From Gemmatimonadota bacterium (lineage in GTDB: Bacteria > Latescibacterota > UBA2968 > UBA8231): DNA of 64,000 nucleotides. The notes under the pieces are model-generated. The model did not search any database. It saw nothing but the letters and a program-made list of their open reading frames with translations, and was not told the origin of the DNA. This document shows, one piece after another, positions 8,967 to 17,945 of the stretch; position 1 is the first letter of the stretch; each line of letters begins with the position of its first letter. A program made the position numbers and the translations under genes. The DNA lies in contig JAYOYH010000003.1 of the NCBI GenBank assembly GCA_038153405.1, forward strand, positions 113,353-177,352, given 5' to 3'.

Positions 8967-9869
8967 TTAGTTGGCCATGCGAGCCTTGAGACGACCCCAG
9001 CTGTCGGCTTCGACAGCGGTGGAACCGCCGCCCGAACCGCCCGTAGCGCCTTCGGTCGGAACCGTAATGAAGTCGGATCCGTTGGAGTTGTCTTGGAACG
9101 CGCCGTTAACCGGCGTGGTACCCGGCTGCTTCTCGCGACCGGCTTCCGGATTCTCCGTCTCGTCAAACTGGAAGGTCAGACCAAAGATCTGATCCGGACC
9201 AAAGTTGTGGCGCTGGCTACCGGCAGGACCCGTTTTGTCGTGGAAAGTCCACGCGGCCTGCTTAACCTCGTAGGTATAGGTAACCGTGCTACCAGCCGGC
9301 TGGGTCAGCGGACGGGCATCCGGCGGATCCAGAGTCCAGCTGTAGATGAACCAGGGCTCCTCGGTCGACCACAGGATGCTCTCCTGCGGGACGTTGAAGA
9401 TCCAGGTATCCTTCTGACCGGCAGCCGGCAGAATGCGAACGCCATACTGCTGACCAGAGGTCATCTCGGTCTCGTTGAAGTTTTCGCTCGAGTGATCCGG
9501 GTCGACGATGATTTCCAGCGAGTCATCGTTCCAGTACTCCTGCGGGTTCTCGACGAAGAGACCCAGCGAGTCGTCCGTCACGCGGGCGAAATAGTACAGC
9601 GAGTTGTCCGGAGCAGAGCTCCAAGCGACGTACAGGACGCAGTCCCAGTCGTCTTTGGCCGGCGGCCATTCGCTACCCAGAATCTCGAACATCGTGTCCG
9701 GGGTAATCGCAAAAGCCGGGTCGATCCAACCCCAGTCATCGTCGTTGCCGTCGATAACCATGGCATCGGGATTGGGAACCTGCGGCATGAAGTAAGAAGC
9801 CTGGTGAGCAAAAGCCACCGAAGTCGTCAACATCGCGCCCATGGCGAGAGCGATACCGAGTTTCTTCAT
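8967..9869 (-). CDS. Secreted DOMON/CBM9-like sugar-binding-domain protein with Gly/Ser linker and C-terminal 'TAVE..SWGRLK' tail
   Basis: ATG 9869 after GGAGG; signal peptide VAFA-H; IDGNDDDW, LYYFARVTDD, WNDDSLEIIVD and YTYEV motifs typical of DOMON/CBM9-like folds; strong codon bias (open antisense frame). Confidence 0.7.
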   Translation of the reverse strand: MKKLGIALAMGAMLTTSVAFAHQASYFMPQVPNPDAMVIDGNDDDWGWIDPAFAITPDTMFEILGSEWPPAKDDWDCVLYVAWSSAPDNSLYYFARVTDDSLGLFVENPQEYWNDDSLEIIVDPDHSSENFNETEMTSGQQYGVRILPAAGQKDTWIFNVPQESILWSTEEPWFIYSWTLDPPDARPLTQPAGSTVTYTYEVKQAAWTFHDKTGPAGSQRHNFGPDQIFGLTFQFDETENPEAGREKQPGTTPVNGAFQDNSNGSDFITVPTEGATGGSGGGSTAVEADSWGRLKARMAN

Positions 9870-10026
9870 CGCAAAACCTCCAATAGCTCGGAAATGGTTG
9901 AAAGCCCGGACGAACGGTCCGGGAGGGATTAGCATCGGGGAAAATCAATTCAAGAGCGTTTAGGTGAGCTACCTCCTTTTGTCTAAAAACGGCTGGAGAA
10001 TAAAGACTCAACTCTGTTAGGCTGGA

Positions 10027-10055
10027 AAAATACCACGCGTTATAGGGTTAGTCAA
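10027..10055 (-). promoter_or_regulatory. Sigma70-type promoter for the minus-strand envelope cassette
   Basis: TTGACT-N17-TATTTT with an extended -10 TG; AT-rich tract upstream (about 10060-10090). Confidence 0.6.
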
Positions 10056-10238
10056 GGCAATTGTAAAAAATTATTTAATTGAAATTTAACTCCTTTACGG
10101 GGCTTTTCTGCCGGTCTAATTCAGTCCCCTGCCTGCGATTTAGTCGACGGGACAGACGAGACATTGACAACGGACTCGTTGGAACCATTGATTAGGGCAG
10201 AGAAAACCCTGCCCCCATCACGGGCACCTGCCTAAGGA

Positions 10239-12182
10239 ATGCGTTTGCCTGGCGCCCCCCACAAAAAACCCGGCGTTTCGTCCCGGGCACTGCTGATGGG
10301 TTCGGCCTGCTCCCTCATTATTGCAGCAGGCGAGCCGTATGGCGTTTTGGTGCTGAGCGGATCGCCAATGGCGGCCGACTTTTCCGCCGGGGCCGCTCTA
10401 TTCCTGTTTTTCATTCTCGCCCTGTGTGTAAATCCGTTGGCTCAAGTACTGACAGGTAAGGCCCTCCGGCGAGGCGAATTGGCCACCATATACATTATGA
10501 TGATTGTCGCCGCAGCCATTCCCTCCTGGGGGTTCACGATGAATCTGGTTCCCCTGTTGGGCGGATATTTCTACTACGCCACCCCGGAAAACGAGTGGGC
10601 CGCTATCATTCAGCCTCACATACCCACCTGGCTGGTGCCCGACGACCATCACGCCATCTGGAAGTTGTTCGAAGGGGCGCGGCAGGGGGAAAGCATCCCA
10701 TGGCAAACGTGGTTTGGCCCCCTCATGGCTTGGGGCCTATTCGCGGTGACTATCTATTTCGTAACGCTCTGCCTGCTGGTCGTTCTCCGCAAACAGTGGG
10801 TCGAACGCGAACGACTCCTCTTCCCCTTGGCCACGCTGCCCCTTGAAATGTGCCAAACGGAAGAGGGCAAAAGGCTGGCGCCCTTCTTTCGCAGCCACCT
10901 CATGTGGATTGGCTTTGCCATTCCCGCCCTCATCAATTCACTTAACGCGCTGCACGCCTTTTACAGCTTCGTGCCCCGCATTGATCTGACCAATAACATT
11001 CTCATCATGCGCAACTCGGTTAACCTGCTCTGCACGCCGCGCTTTGAGGTGATTGGGCTGTCGTACCTGCTCAGTCTCGACGTCTCGCTCGGCGTGTGGT
11101 TCTTTGCCTTTATCGCCCTGCTGCAAACGGGTATGCAGCGCATGTTGGGATGGAGCATTGGTCCAACCCAGCCCTTTTCTGACCCGGCTCCTCCCAGCGT
11201 CGCCCACATGGCTTTGGGCGCCCTTTTCTTTCTGGTCGCATCGAGTTTTTGGCACAGTCGCTCGCATCTTAGAGACGTGGTGCGCAAGGCGTTCAAGGGG
11301 GACGATGCCATCGACGACAGCGAAGAGTTGCTATCCTACCGAGCCGCCATTTGGGGCATTATAGTGGGCATCGGCCTCTGTATGGCATGGCTTTTGGCCG
11401 CCGGGATGAACGCGCACTCGGCCTTCGTCTTTCTATTCAGCGCGCTTATCATCTTCGTCGGCCTAGCTCGCATCGTGTCGCAGACGGGGTTGGCCTACGG
11501 GCGCGCTACCGTAGCCGCGCCCATCTTCACGGTAAATGCATTGGGCACCGGCGCCATTGGACCGGCTGGACTGACCACGCTGGGCCTGAGCTTTGCGTGG
11601 GCTGCCGACATACGCACCTTTGTTATGGCACAGGCGGCAACCGGGCTCAAGCTAGCCGAAGTGACGCGCCTCGAACACCGCCGCCTGTTTTGGGCCATTT
11701 TGCTAGCAATCGCCACCACGCTGGTCGGATCGGCTTTCGCCGTCGTGCAAATCGCCTACGCCTACGGCGGTATTAATCTGACCGGATGGCAGTTTATCGG
11801 CCTGCCCGAGTTTTCTGGCAATTGGGTCACGCGCAACATCAATAATGCACAGCCGGTCGAACTCTGGCACCTCGGATTTACGGGGTTAGGCGCCCTTATC
11901 ATGTCCGGGCTGACCTACGTAAAAGCGCGCTACGTGGGCTTTCCCATCCACCCGATCGGCATGACCCTTGGTCTTACCCACCCCGTCAACCACGTGTGGT
12001 TTTCGGTTTTCTTGGCCTGGCTTTTTAAAGCGGCCATCCTCAAATACGGCGGCGCAGTGCTCTACACTCGCCTGCGCCCGCTTTTTCTCGGCCTGGTCTT
12101 AGGCACTTTTGGCTCTGCCGGTTTTTGGCTTATCGTCAGCGCGTTGACCGGCGTTAATGGCCTGGTCTTCACCCTCGGTTAG
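10239..12182 (+). CDS. Multi-pass inner-membrane protein, DUF6785/DUF6784-like putative transporter
   Basis: Many hydrophobic segments; motifs LRRGELATIY, LRKQWVERERLLFPLATLP, PIHPIG and KAAILKYGG...RPLFLGLVLG match my recollection of this family. Confidence 0.75.
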   Translation: MRLPGAPHKKPGVSSRALLMGSACSLIIAAGEPYGVLVLSGSPMAADFSAGAALFLFFILALCVNPLAQVLTGKALRRGELATIYIMMIVAAAIPSWGFTMNLVPLLGGYFYYATPENEWAAIIQPHIPTWLVPDDHHAIWKLFEGARQGESIPWQTWFGPLMAWGLFAVTIYFVTLCLLVVLRKQWVERERLLFPLATLPLEMCQTEEGKRLAPFFRSHLMWIGFAIPALINSLNALHAFYSFVPRIDLTNNILIMRNSVNLLCTPRFEVIGLSYLLSLDVSLGVWFFAFIALLQTGMQRMLGWSIGPTQPFSDPAPPSVAHMALGALFFLVASSFWHSRSHLRDVVRKAFKGDDAIDDSEELLSYRAAIWGIIVGIGLCMAWLLAAGMNAHSAFVFLFSALIIFVGLARIVSQTGLAYGRATVAAPIFTVNALGTGAIGPAGLTTLGLSFAWAADIRTFVMAQAATGLKLAEVTRLEHRRLFWAILLAIATTLVGSAFAVVQIAYAYGGINLTGWQFIGLPEFSGNWVTRNINNAQPVELWHLGFTGLGALIMSGLTYVKARYVGFPIHPIGMTLGLTHPVNHVWFSVFLAWLFKAAILKYGGAVLYTRLRPLFLGLVLGTFGSAGFWLIVSALTGVNGLVFTLG

Positions 12183-12225
12183 CCCAGCCAAGGCCTCATC
12201 GCCACTGCTCTGCTGACGGATCTTA

Positions 12226-13035
12226 TCACCATTCGTCCTCCGGCATATTGTCCCATCCCCGCTCGTCATCCTCTATGTCCACCACTTCGCACCGGCCCTC
12301 GGCCCTCTGACAGAGAGAAGCGTAGCTGCACCGCTTGCACACTTGCCCGTCCTCCGTCATCGGGAACGCAGACTCTTCGCGCGGCAGCTGGCCAATTTCT
12401 GCCAACGTTCCCTCGATCTTGGCCCTCGCCTCGTCGTGCTCCCTCGCCGAATACGAAATCGGTTCCAGCGCCGCAGGCGCGTTGGCGTGCCAGTATACCA
12501 GCACGACGTCCTCCGGCCGCACGGCGCGTCCCCCATTGAGCATTGCCCCCGCTTCCACCGCCACAAAGCGATACACCCACGTCTGCCAGCTGGCAGCCAG
12601 ATCGGTCGCGTCTGGCACGCGCTGACCCGTCTTCCAATCGCCGATGTATATTCGTCCATCCGCCGCTGCGACGATGCGATCGTATTGGGCGACCAATCGC
12701 CGAGATAGCAGCGGAACGGAGAGCTGCACTTCTGAATACACCACACCTGCAGGAAACTCGGCCGGGGTCTGAAGCCAATTTTTCCACCAGCGCACCAGCA
12801 TTTCGTCTCCGCATTCCAACGCCCACGCATCGACACCGACGCCGATGCTATCCTGGTGCATCCAGTGGTGGAACTGCGCTCCGCGCTCGACGGCGCGCTC
12901 CCAAACAGCCATCTCTTCGCTTAGCGGCGCCGGCCATTCGACGCGGCACACATAGCGCAGCCAAAAGCGTCTAGGGCACTGGGCATAGGCCGATAAACTG
13001 CTCTGGCTAAAGCGAATAGTGGCGCCGTTGCTCAC
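12226..13035 (-). CDS. PD-(D/E)xK nuclease, RecB/AddB/Cas4-like, with four Cys for an Fe-S cluster
   Basis: SQSSLSAYAQCPRRF (Cys1); GAQFH; YDRIV...IGDWKTG (motifs II/III); CKRCSYASLC. GTG 13035 overlaps the helicase stop (GTGA). Confidence 0.88.
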   Translation of the reverse strand: MSNGATIRFSQSSLSAYAQCPRRFWLRYVCRVEWPAPLSEEMAVWERAVERGAQFHHWMHQDSIGVGVDAWALECGDEMLVRWWKNWLQTPAEFPAGVVYSEVQLSVPLLSRRLVAQYDRIVAAADGRIYIGDWKTGQRVPDATDLAASWQTWVYRFVAVEAGAMLNGGRAVRPEDVVLVYWHANAPAALEPISYSAREHDEARAKIEGTLAEIGQLPREESAFPMTEDGQVCKRCSYASLCQRAEGRCEVVDIEDDERGWDNMPEDEW

Positions 13036-15236
13036 TGTAACGCCCTCCCCCAAAACGCACTGAGCTTTTGACAGACGACCGCCTGCCGCGTCGGGCGCAT
13101 GCGCGTAGCCAACGGAATTTCGCGACTCCAGCTAATGGCCAAGTAGCGGCGCGCCCGCGTGATGGCCACGTAGAACAGACGCAGGCGCTCGGCGATCACT
13201 TCCACGTGTGCCATATCCGTAGCCGATAGACGCCCGGCCTGCCATTCGCCAATCAGGCCGAGCAGTTCGGCGCGCGCCTCTTCGCCGGGATCGCCGCCTA
13301 AAAATTCGTATTCGCCGCGAAAGTGGTCTTCCAGATCGTAGGGAAACCAATCCCGGTCGGCGCCGACGATATAGACCAAATCCCACTCTAGGCCCTTGGC
13401 CTTGTGCATGGTTGTCAGCGAGATGCGACCGGGACGCGGGGCGAAGAGGTCGTCGTCATCCAGCGCCGCGGCGCGTCCGCGCGCGGCTAGCCCCAATTCG
13501 CGAGCGAGCTCTGGCAGGCGCCACTCCGGATTGGCATCGGTGCGGGCGCGCAAGAATGTGGCCAGCTTTTGCGCCCTCGCCATATCGGCAGCGCGAAATA
13601 GGTCCTGGGCAATGCTCATTACTAACTGGTCGACCGGCAGCGCGGCAGCGCGCAGCCAGCGGCGCATATAACGGCAAAAGACGGCGATGGCGCGCAGGTC
13701 GAGCGGATCTATTTCGCCAACCGGAGGCAAGGCATCGCGCGGATCGCTACCCTCCCGCGGAAAGAGCAGCGCCTCCGGTCGGTAGCAACTGCGCAGCAGC
13801 GTGGCCACCTCCTCCTCGCTGCCGGGCCCGCGCTCGTCGGGCCAGTAGGTGCGCAGCGCGCGATAGGCTCGCTCCATATGCCCGCGCTTAAGCGGTTCGG
13901 CCAAATAGGACAGAACGTGCGATAGCACGTCGCCGACCTGTCGCGCCGAGTGGGCACTTTGCAGGACTTCGTCAAAATCTACCCCCACCTCGCGCAGCAC
14001 GTCGGCCATGGCGTAACCCAAGCGGTTGGTGGGAACGAGGATGGCCAATGTAAGGTGGGGACTGCGCCGGCAAAAAGCACCGGCCCGACGCGCCACGTCG
14101 CGCATCTCGTCGCCGCGATTGTTGTATTCGCGAAAAGCGATATCGCTCTCGTTATCAAGCGGGTTTTGCTGTGGATCTTCCCCATCCGTTGGGCGAATGT
14201 GCTGTGAACGGAATGCCCGCTCGCGCACCTCATCAAGCGCGTGTTCGCAGCAGGTCCAATCGACCAAATAATTGGCCAGTCGGATGATCTTAGGCGCACA
14301 GCGTCCCGAAATCGACATCTCCAGCGTCTGGACGTCTTCGCGCGCCAAAAATCGGCGCAAATAGCGCGGGTCAGCCGCGGTAAATGTGCTCATTATCGCT
14401 TGGTTGGGATCGCCGACGCGGATCCAGTTTCCCTCGTCCTGCCCCAACAGGGCCAGTAGGGCTTCCTGCAGCGGCACGCTGTCCTGCGCCTCGTCCTCCA
14501 ACACGATGGGCCAGCGCCTTGCCAAACGCGCGCGCAAATCGGCGTGATCTTCCAGCAAATCGACGGCACATCGCACCAAATCGGTGAAGTCGAGTCCGCC
14601 CATTGTGTCCACTTGTTGCTGATATAATTGGTATAGCTCCGCCCCAATGCGCAAAAAGAGGTTCAGCTCGTCGCCGCCCCCCGAAGCGATTCGGGCCAAT
14701 AGATCGTCCGGCGACAGACGGCGGTTTTTGGCCGCGGTGATAACCGTCCATCCCACCGTCCGCGCAATAGAGCGCCATTCGCGCTCCCAGCGCTCGTCGT
14801 AATAATCGCCCGGGGCGAGCCCACCCCACGTGCGCTCGTTGCGCCCGTTCCAAATGCGCACGGCCTTGTCGAGCAGATCCGAGCTCGCGCGGTCGTCCAA
14901 TACGCTGAACTCGCTGGCGACACCGGCCAGCCCCGCATTGGCCTGCACGATGCCGTAGGAGAGGCTATGCAGCGTGCGCACGTCGTAGCCGACCTGCACG
15001 TGTCCCATCCGCTCTAGCGCCTGGCGAATGCGCGTGCGCACATTGTCGACGGCCGCCGTCTGGTAGGTGACGATCAGCACTTGCCCTGCCGCCGTCTGCC
15101 GCTGTTCGATCAAACGCGTTGCCAGGGCGACAATGGTCGCCGTCTTCCCGCTGCCCGGCACCGCTGAAACGCCCATCAAACCGCGTTCGTATTCGAGTAG
15201 TTGGCGCTGACCTTCGCGCGGCTCAAATGCGTTCAT
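13032..15236 (-). CDS. ATP-dependent SF1 DNA helicase, UvrD/PcrA/AddA-like, without fused nuclease
   Basis: AVPGSGKT (Walker A), EDEAQD (Walker B), VGDPNQAI, TMHKAKGLEWD, RLFYVAITRARR. Confidence 0.92.
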   Translation of the reverse strand: MNAFEPREGQRQLLEYERGLMGVSAVPGSGKTATIVALATRLIEQRQTAAGQVLIVTYQTAAVDNVRTRIRQALERMGHVQVGYDVRTLHSLSYGIVQANAGLAGVASEFSVLDDRASSDLLDKAVRIWNGRNERTWGGLAPGDYYDERWEREWRSIARTVGWTVITAAKNRRLSPDDLLARIASGGGDELNLFLRIGAELYQLYQQQVDTMGGLDFTDLVRCAVDLLEDHADLRARLARRWPIVLEDEAQDSVPLQEALLALLGQDEGNWIRVGDPNQAIMSTFTAADPRYLRRFLAREDVQTLEMSISGRCAPKIIRLANYLVDWTCCEHALDEVRERAFRSQHIRPTDGEDPQQNPLDNESDIAFREYNNRGDEMRDVARRAGAFCRRSPHLTLAILVPTNRLGYAMADVLREVGVDFDEVLQSAHSARQVGDVLSHVLSYLAEPLKRGHMERAYRALRTYWPDERGPGSEEEVATLLRSCYRPEALLFPREGSDPRDALPPVGEIDPLDLRAIAVFCRYMRRWLRAAALPVDQLVMSIAQDLFRAADMARAQKLATFLRARTDANPEWRLPELARELGLAARGRAAALDDDDLFAPRPGRISLTTMHKAKGLEWDLVYIVGADRDWFPYDLEDHFRGEYEFLGGDPGEEARAELLGLIGEWQAGRLSATDMAHVEVIAERLRLFYVAITRARRYLAISWSREIPLATRMRPTRQAVVCQKLSAFWGRALQ

Positions 15237-17305
15237 CGCTCGCCCTGCAGCACCTGTTGAACGGCCATCAGCAGCGGACTATCCTGCGCTTCACCCCGCC
15301 CCTCGCGCTCACTGGAACACAGGTAGATTCCATCGCGGCAGCGCAGGGCCAGGCCGCGCACGAGTCGGTGCAGACTTCGATTGCGCAGCGAAAAGTCAAC
15401 CGCGTCAGTCCAGCGCTCTTGTCGATCCCAGCGCCGGGTCAGTACGTGGTGGTTGGTCAGCGGTTGGTGCAGCGCATCCCACCAAGCCAGCGAACCAACG
15501 TCGAGCCAGAAATGGTAGCGGGCAACGTGGCCGCTGAGCAAGTAGGTATACACCGGCGCGACCAGCGCAATGGAATCCGGAGCCGTAGCCACATCGGCGT
15601 CGGTCAAATGCTGGGCGGCAACTACCCCCGACATGACCATTTCTGCATAGCGCAGCCCGACCTCGGCGGCGGCAAGTCCCAGCGCGGGGGCCACGCGGCG
15701 AAAGGCCGAGGCCGAGGCGATGAGTTTGCTGTAGACTGCAGCGCCGTCAGGCTCGATATGCGGCCCGGCCAGCACTTCGCCAAAGAGCCGACGAAGAAAA
15801 TGGTCGAAGGGCGCCACGGCCCCCGTTCGGTAGGTCTCTAACCAGGTTTGTAGCGCGCCGTAGCGCGCCAGCGCAGCGGAACCCAAGCGTTCGACCTGCA
15901 CGCCCTCTACTCCGTGCAGTGGACTCAGCGCACCCGCCGATTCGTCGTAAAACCACTGGACCAACAGTGCGGCCCGCAGCGGATCCAACGGCGCGAGGGC
16001 CAGCGTCAGGGCCTCGCACACATCAAAGGCCGTAGGCGAGGGGGACCATTGGGGATGGGCTAGGCCCGCCAGCGTCAAACAGGAACGCACGATGGGCTCT
16101 TCGCGCAGCGACTCGTAGCGTCGCACGATGGCAAAGGGGATATCGGCACCGACAAAAGCCTCGGCCAGCAAGAAGCGCAGCACGCCGTCAGCATGGGGTG
16201 CCACGACGGCGATATCGCCGGGGGCCACACCCTTCGCAACTAAATCGACCACCCGCTGGACCACGACTTCGATCATCTGCGTGCGATAGGGCATGCGGAG
16301 CAGATCGACGACGGCCCGGCGACTGCGCCCCGCAGAAAAGCCGGCCGGCCCCTGTCCGAGTTGCTCGCCGATGCGCCCCGCAAAATGCACTAGATCGGGC
16401 GAGGCGCATTCCTCCTCGCGCGCGGCAATGCGCTCTCGGCACTGGGCGGCCAATTCGGCACATCCGGCGGCATCGGCACCGAGGAACGAGCGGAACCCGC
16501 CGCGATCGTCGCCTGCGAGCAGGGCCGATTCGCATCGAGGCAGCAAGCGCGCAATTAAATCGTGGGCAATCGGCACCATCTCGTCTACCGAATCGACGAT
16601 GAGATGGCGATAGCGCTCGGTGAAATAGCGCCAGAACGCCTCGCGCGAAACGAGGTGACTGGTAAAGAGTTCAAATACCAATGAGGCGTCGAGCAGGCCG
16701 TGCTGCAGGCAGTGCCCTCGGAACAGTTCGATGCAGTGCTGCACCTGCTCGTAGTAGCGCAGTCGCCCGTCTTCGCCAACCCAGGCCTCGCGCAGACGCG
16801 GCCCTACCTCCCCCAGCGGAAAGCCGCTGACAGCGGCTTTATTCAGGTCGTCCAAGAGCTGCGAGAGCACCCGCTGAGGCCGCATGGTCAGCCCCTCGAA
16901 ATAGCCCTGGGCAAGGAGCGGCTGTACGAGAGTAGCGAGCGCGTACTGCGCCGACTCGTAATTGAGAAAGACGGGCGCTTTTTCCGGCGCAGCAAAGCCC
17001 GCATCGGCGGCGACCAATGGCCAGAAGAGGCGAATGAGCCGCATGGCCAAGCCGTAATACGTCTGCAGTTCGACTTCGCTGTTGGGCCCCCATTCGAGCT
17101 GCCCCATCTGTTCGCGGAATAGGCGAACCGTGGCGCGGTCGGGGTGCAATACCAACAGCGAGTAGCCCGAAACGCCCGACTCGAGCAAGAAGCGCAGGCG
17201 CTCTAACTGGACCTGGCGCTGGCCGGCCACCAGCGGCCCGCCCAGAAAACAGGTGTGATTCCCCGCTATAGGCCCGCGAATTGCCTGGGCAAATTGGGGT
17301 ACCAT
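15233..17305 (-). CDS. Degenerate, probably inactive SF1 helicase-like protein (RecC/AddB-N-like partner)
   Basis: ATG 17305 after GAGG. Helicase-like layout with eroded motifs: GPLVAGQR at Walker A, ELQTYYGLA, HLIVDSVDE at Walker B, PGDIAVVAP, LRCRDGIYLCSS. ATGA overlap with the helicase. Confidence 0.72.
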   Translation of the reverse strand: MVPQFAQAIRGPIAGNHTCFLGGPLVAGQRQVQLERLRFLLESGVSGYSLLVLHPDRATVRLFREQMGQLEWGPNSEVELQTYYGLAMRLIRLFWPLVAADAGFAAPEKAPVFLNYESAQYALATLVQPLLAQGYFEGLTMRPQRVLSQLLDDLNKAAVSGFPLGEVGPRLREAWVGEDGRLRYYEQVQHCIELFRGHCLQHGLLDASLVFELFTSHLVSREAFWRYFTERYRHLIVDSVDEMVPIAHDLIARLLPRCESALLAGDDRGGFRSFLGADAAGCAELAAQCRERIAAREEECASPDLVHFAGRIGEQLGQGPAGFSAGRSRRAVVDLLRMPYRTQMIEVVVQRVVDLVAKGVAPGDIAVVAPHADGVLRFLLAEAFVGADIPFAIVRRYESLREEPIVRSCLTLAGLAHPQWSPSPTAFDVCEALTLALAPLDPLRAALLVQWFYDESAGALSPLHGVEGVQVERLGSAALARYGALQTWLETYRTGAVAPFDHFLRRLFGEVLAGPHIEPDGAAVYSKLIASASAFRRVAPALGLAAAEVGLRYAEMVMSGVVAAQHLTDADVATAPDSIALVAPVYTYLLSGHVARYHFWLDVGSLAWWDALHQPLTNHHVLTRRWDRQERWTDAVDFSLRNRSLHRLVRGLALRCRDGIYLCSSEREGRGEAQDSPLLMAVQQVLQGER

Positions 17306-17375
17306 AAGCACCTCAAAATAAAATGGGACGGGCAAACACCCCCATCCCACTCAAATTAAAACGCATTAGAAACAG

Positions 17376-17843
17376 CTATTTATGATTGCTTTTATGTTCT
17401 GTAAAGACATCGAGAACTTCGGTGGCATCGCTCGCTTCAATTAGGCGCGAGCGCACCTCTTCGTCCTGCAGCAAACGCGAGAGCGAAGCCAGCAGCTCCA
17501 TATGCTGCTTTTGATGCTTTTTCGGCGTGGCGAGCAAGGCCACGATGTGGACCGGATTGCCATCAATGGAGTCGAAATCGATGCCGTCGCGCGATATGCC
17601 TACTGCCAAGAGCTGGCGAGCAATGCCGTCGTCGTGCGCATGGGGAACGGCCACGCCTTTACCAATGCCGGTGGAGGCCTGGCGCTCTCTGCGGATTATA
17701 TCGGCGATAAAGTGCTTGCAGTCGGCTACATCGCTGTCGTTTTCAAACAGCGAGGCCAGTTCGCGAATGGCGTCCAGATTGCGCTGTGCGCGCAGTCCGA
17801 CAATCACATTTTCCGGCTTAAGTATACGCGCCCATTTATCCAT
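17376..17843 (-). CDS. PTS EIIA (fructose/mannitol/Ntr family, PtsN-like) single-domain protein
   Basis: RRERQASTGIGKGVAVPHA phosphorylation-site motif; GIDFDSIDGNPVHI; HMELLASLSRLL. Confidence 0.9.
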   Translation of the reverse strand: MDKWARILKPENVIVGLRAQRNLDAIRELASLFENDSDVADCKHFIADIIRRERQASTGIGKGVAVPHAHDDGIARQLLAVGISRDGIDFDSIDGNPVHIVALLATPKKHQKQHMELLASLSRLLQDEEVRSRLIEASDATEVLDVFTEHKSNHK

Positions 17844-17866
17844 AGAATAGCTCCGCCAACGCGCAA

Positions 17867-17894
17867 AAAGTAATCATCGCACGGGCAAAGTCAA
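17867..17894 (-). promoter_or_regulatory. Putative sigma70 promoter for the EIIA gene
   Basis: TTGACT-N16-TACTTT directly upstream of the start. Confidence 0.45.
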
Positions 17895-17905
17895 TACGTC
17901 CCGCC

Positions 17906-17939
17906 GCATGATAACTGCTCTTTTGGGCAGTTATCATGC
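17906..17939. terminator. Stem-loop just downstream of the DUF2723 gene
   Basis: Perfect 13-bp inverted repeat GCATGATAACTGC-N8-GCAGTTATCATGC; no U-tract. Confidence 0.55.
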
Positions 17940-17945
17940 ATTCTC

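Noticed and set aside
8928..9932. Long antisense ORFs (also 3511-4647, 4690-5412, 31944-32525, 45210-46190)
   Set aside because: They mirror well-supported genes on the other strand and reflect codon bias in GC-rich DNA.
10164..10215. Promoter and hairpin for the DUF6785-like gene
   Set aside because: TTGACA is present but there is no good -10 at 16-18 bp, and the GGGCAG/CTGCCC stem is short; too weak to call.
12226..13035. Cas4 as part of a CRISPR-Cas locus
   Set aside because: No repeat-spacer array and no cas1/cas2 in the window; the gene is coupled to helicases instead.
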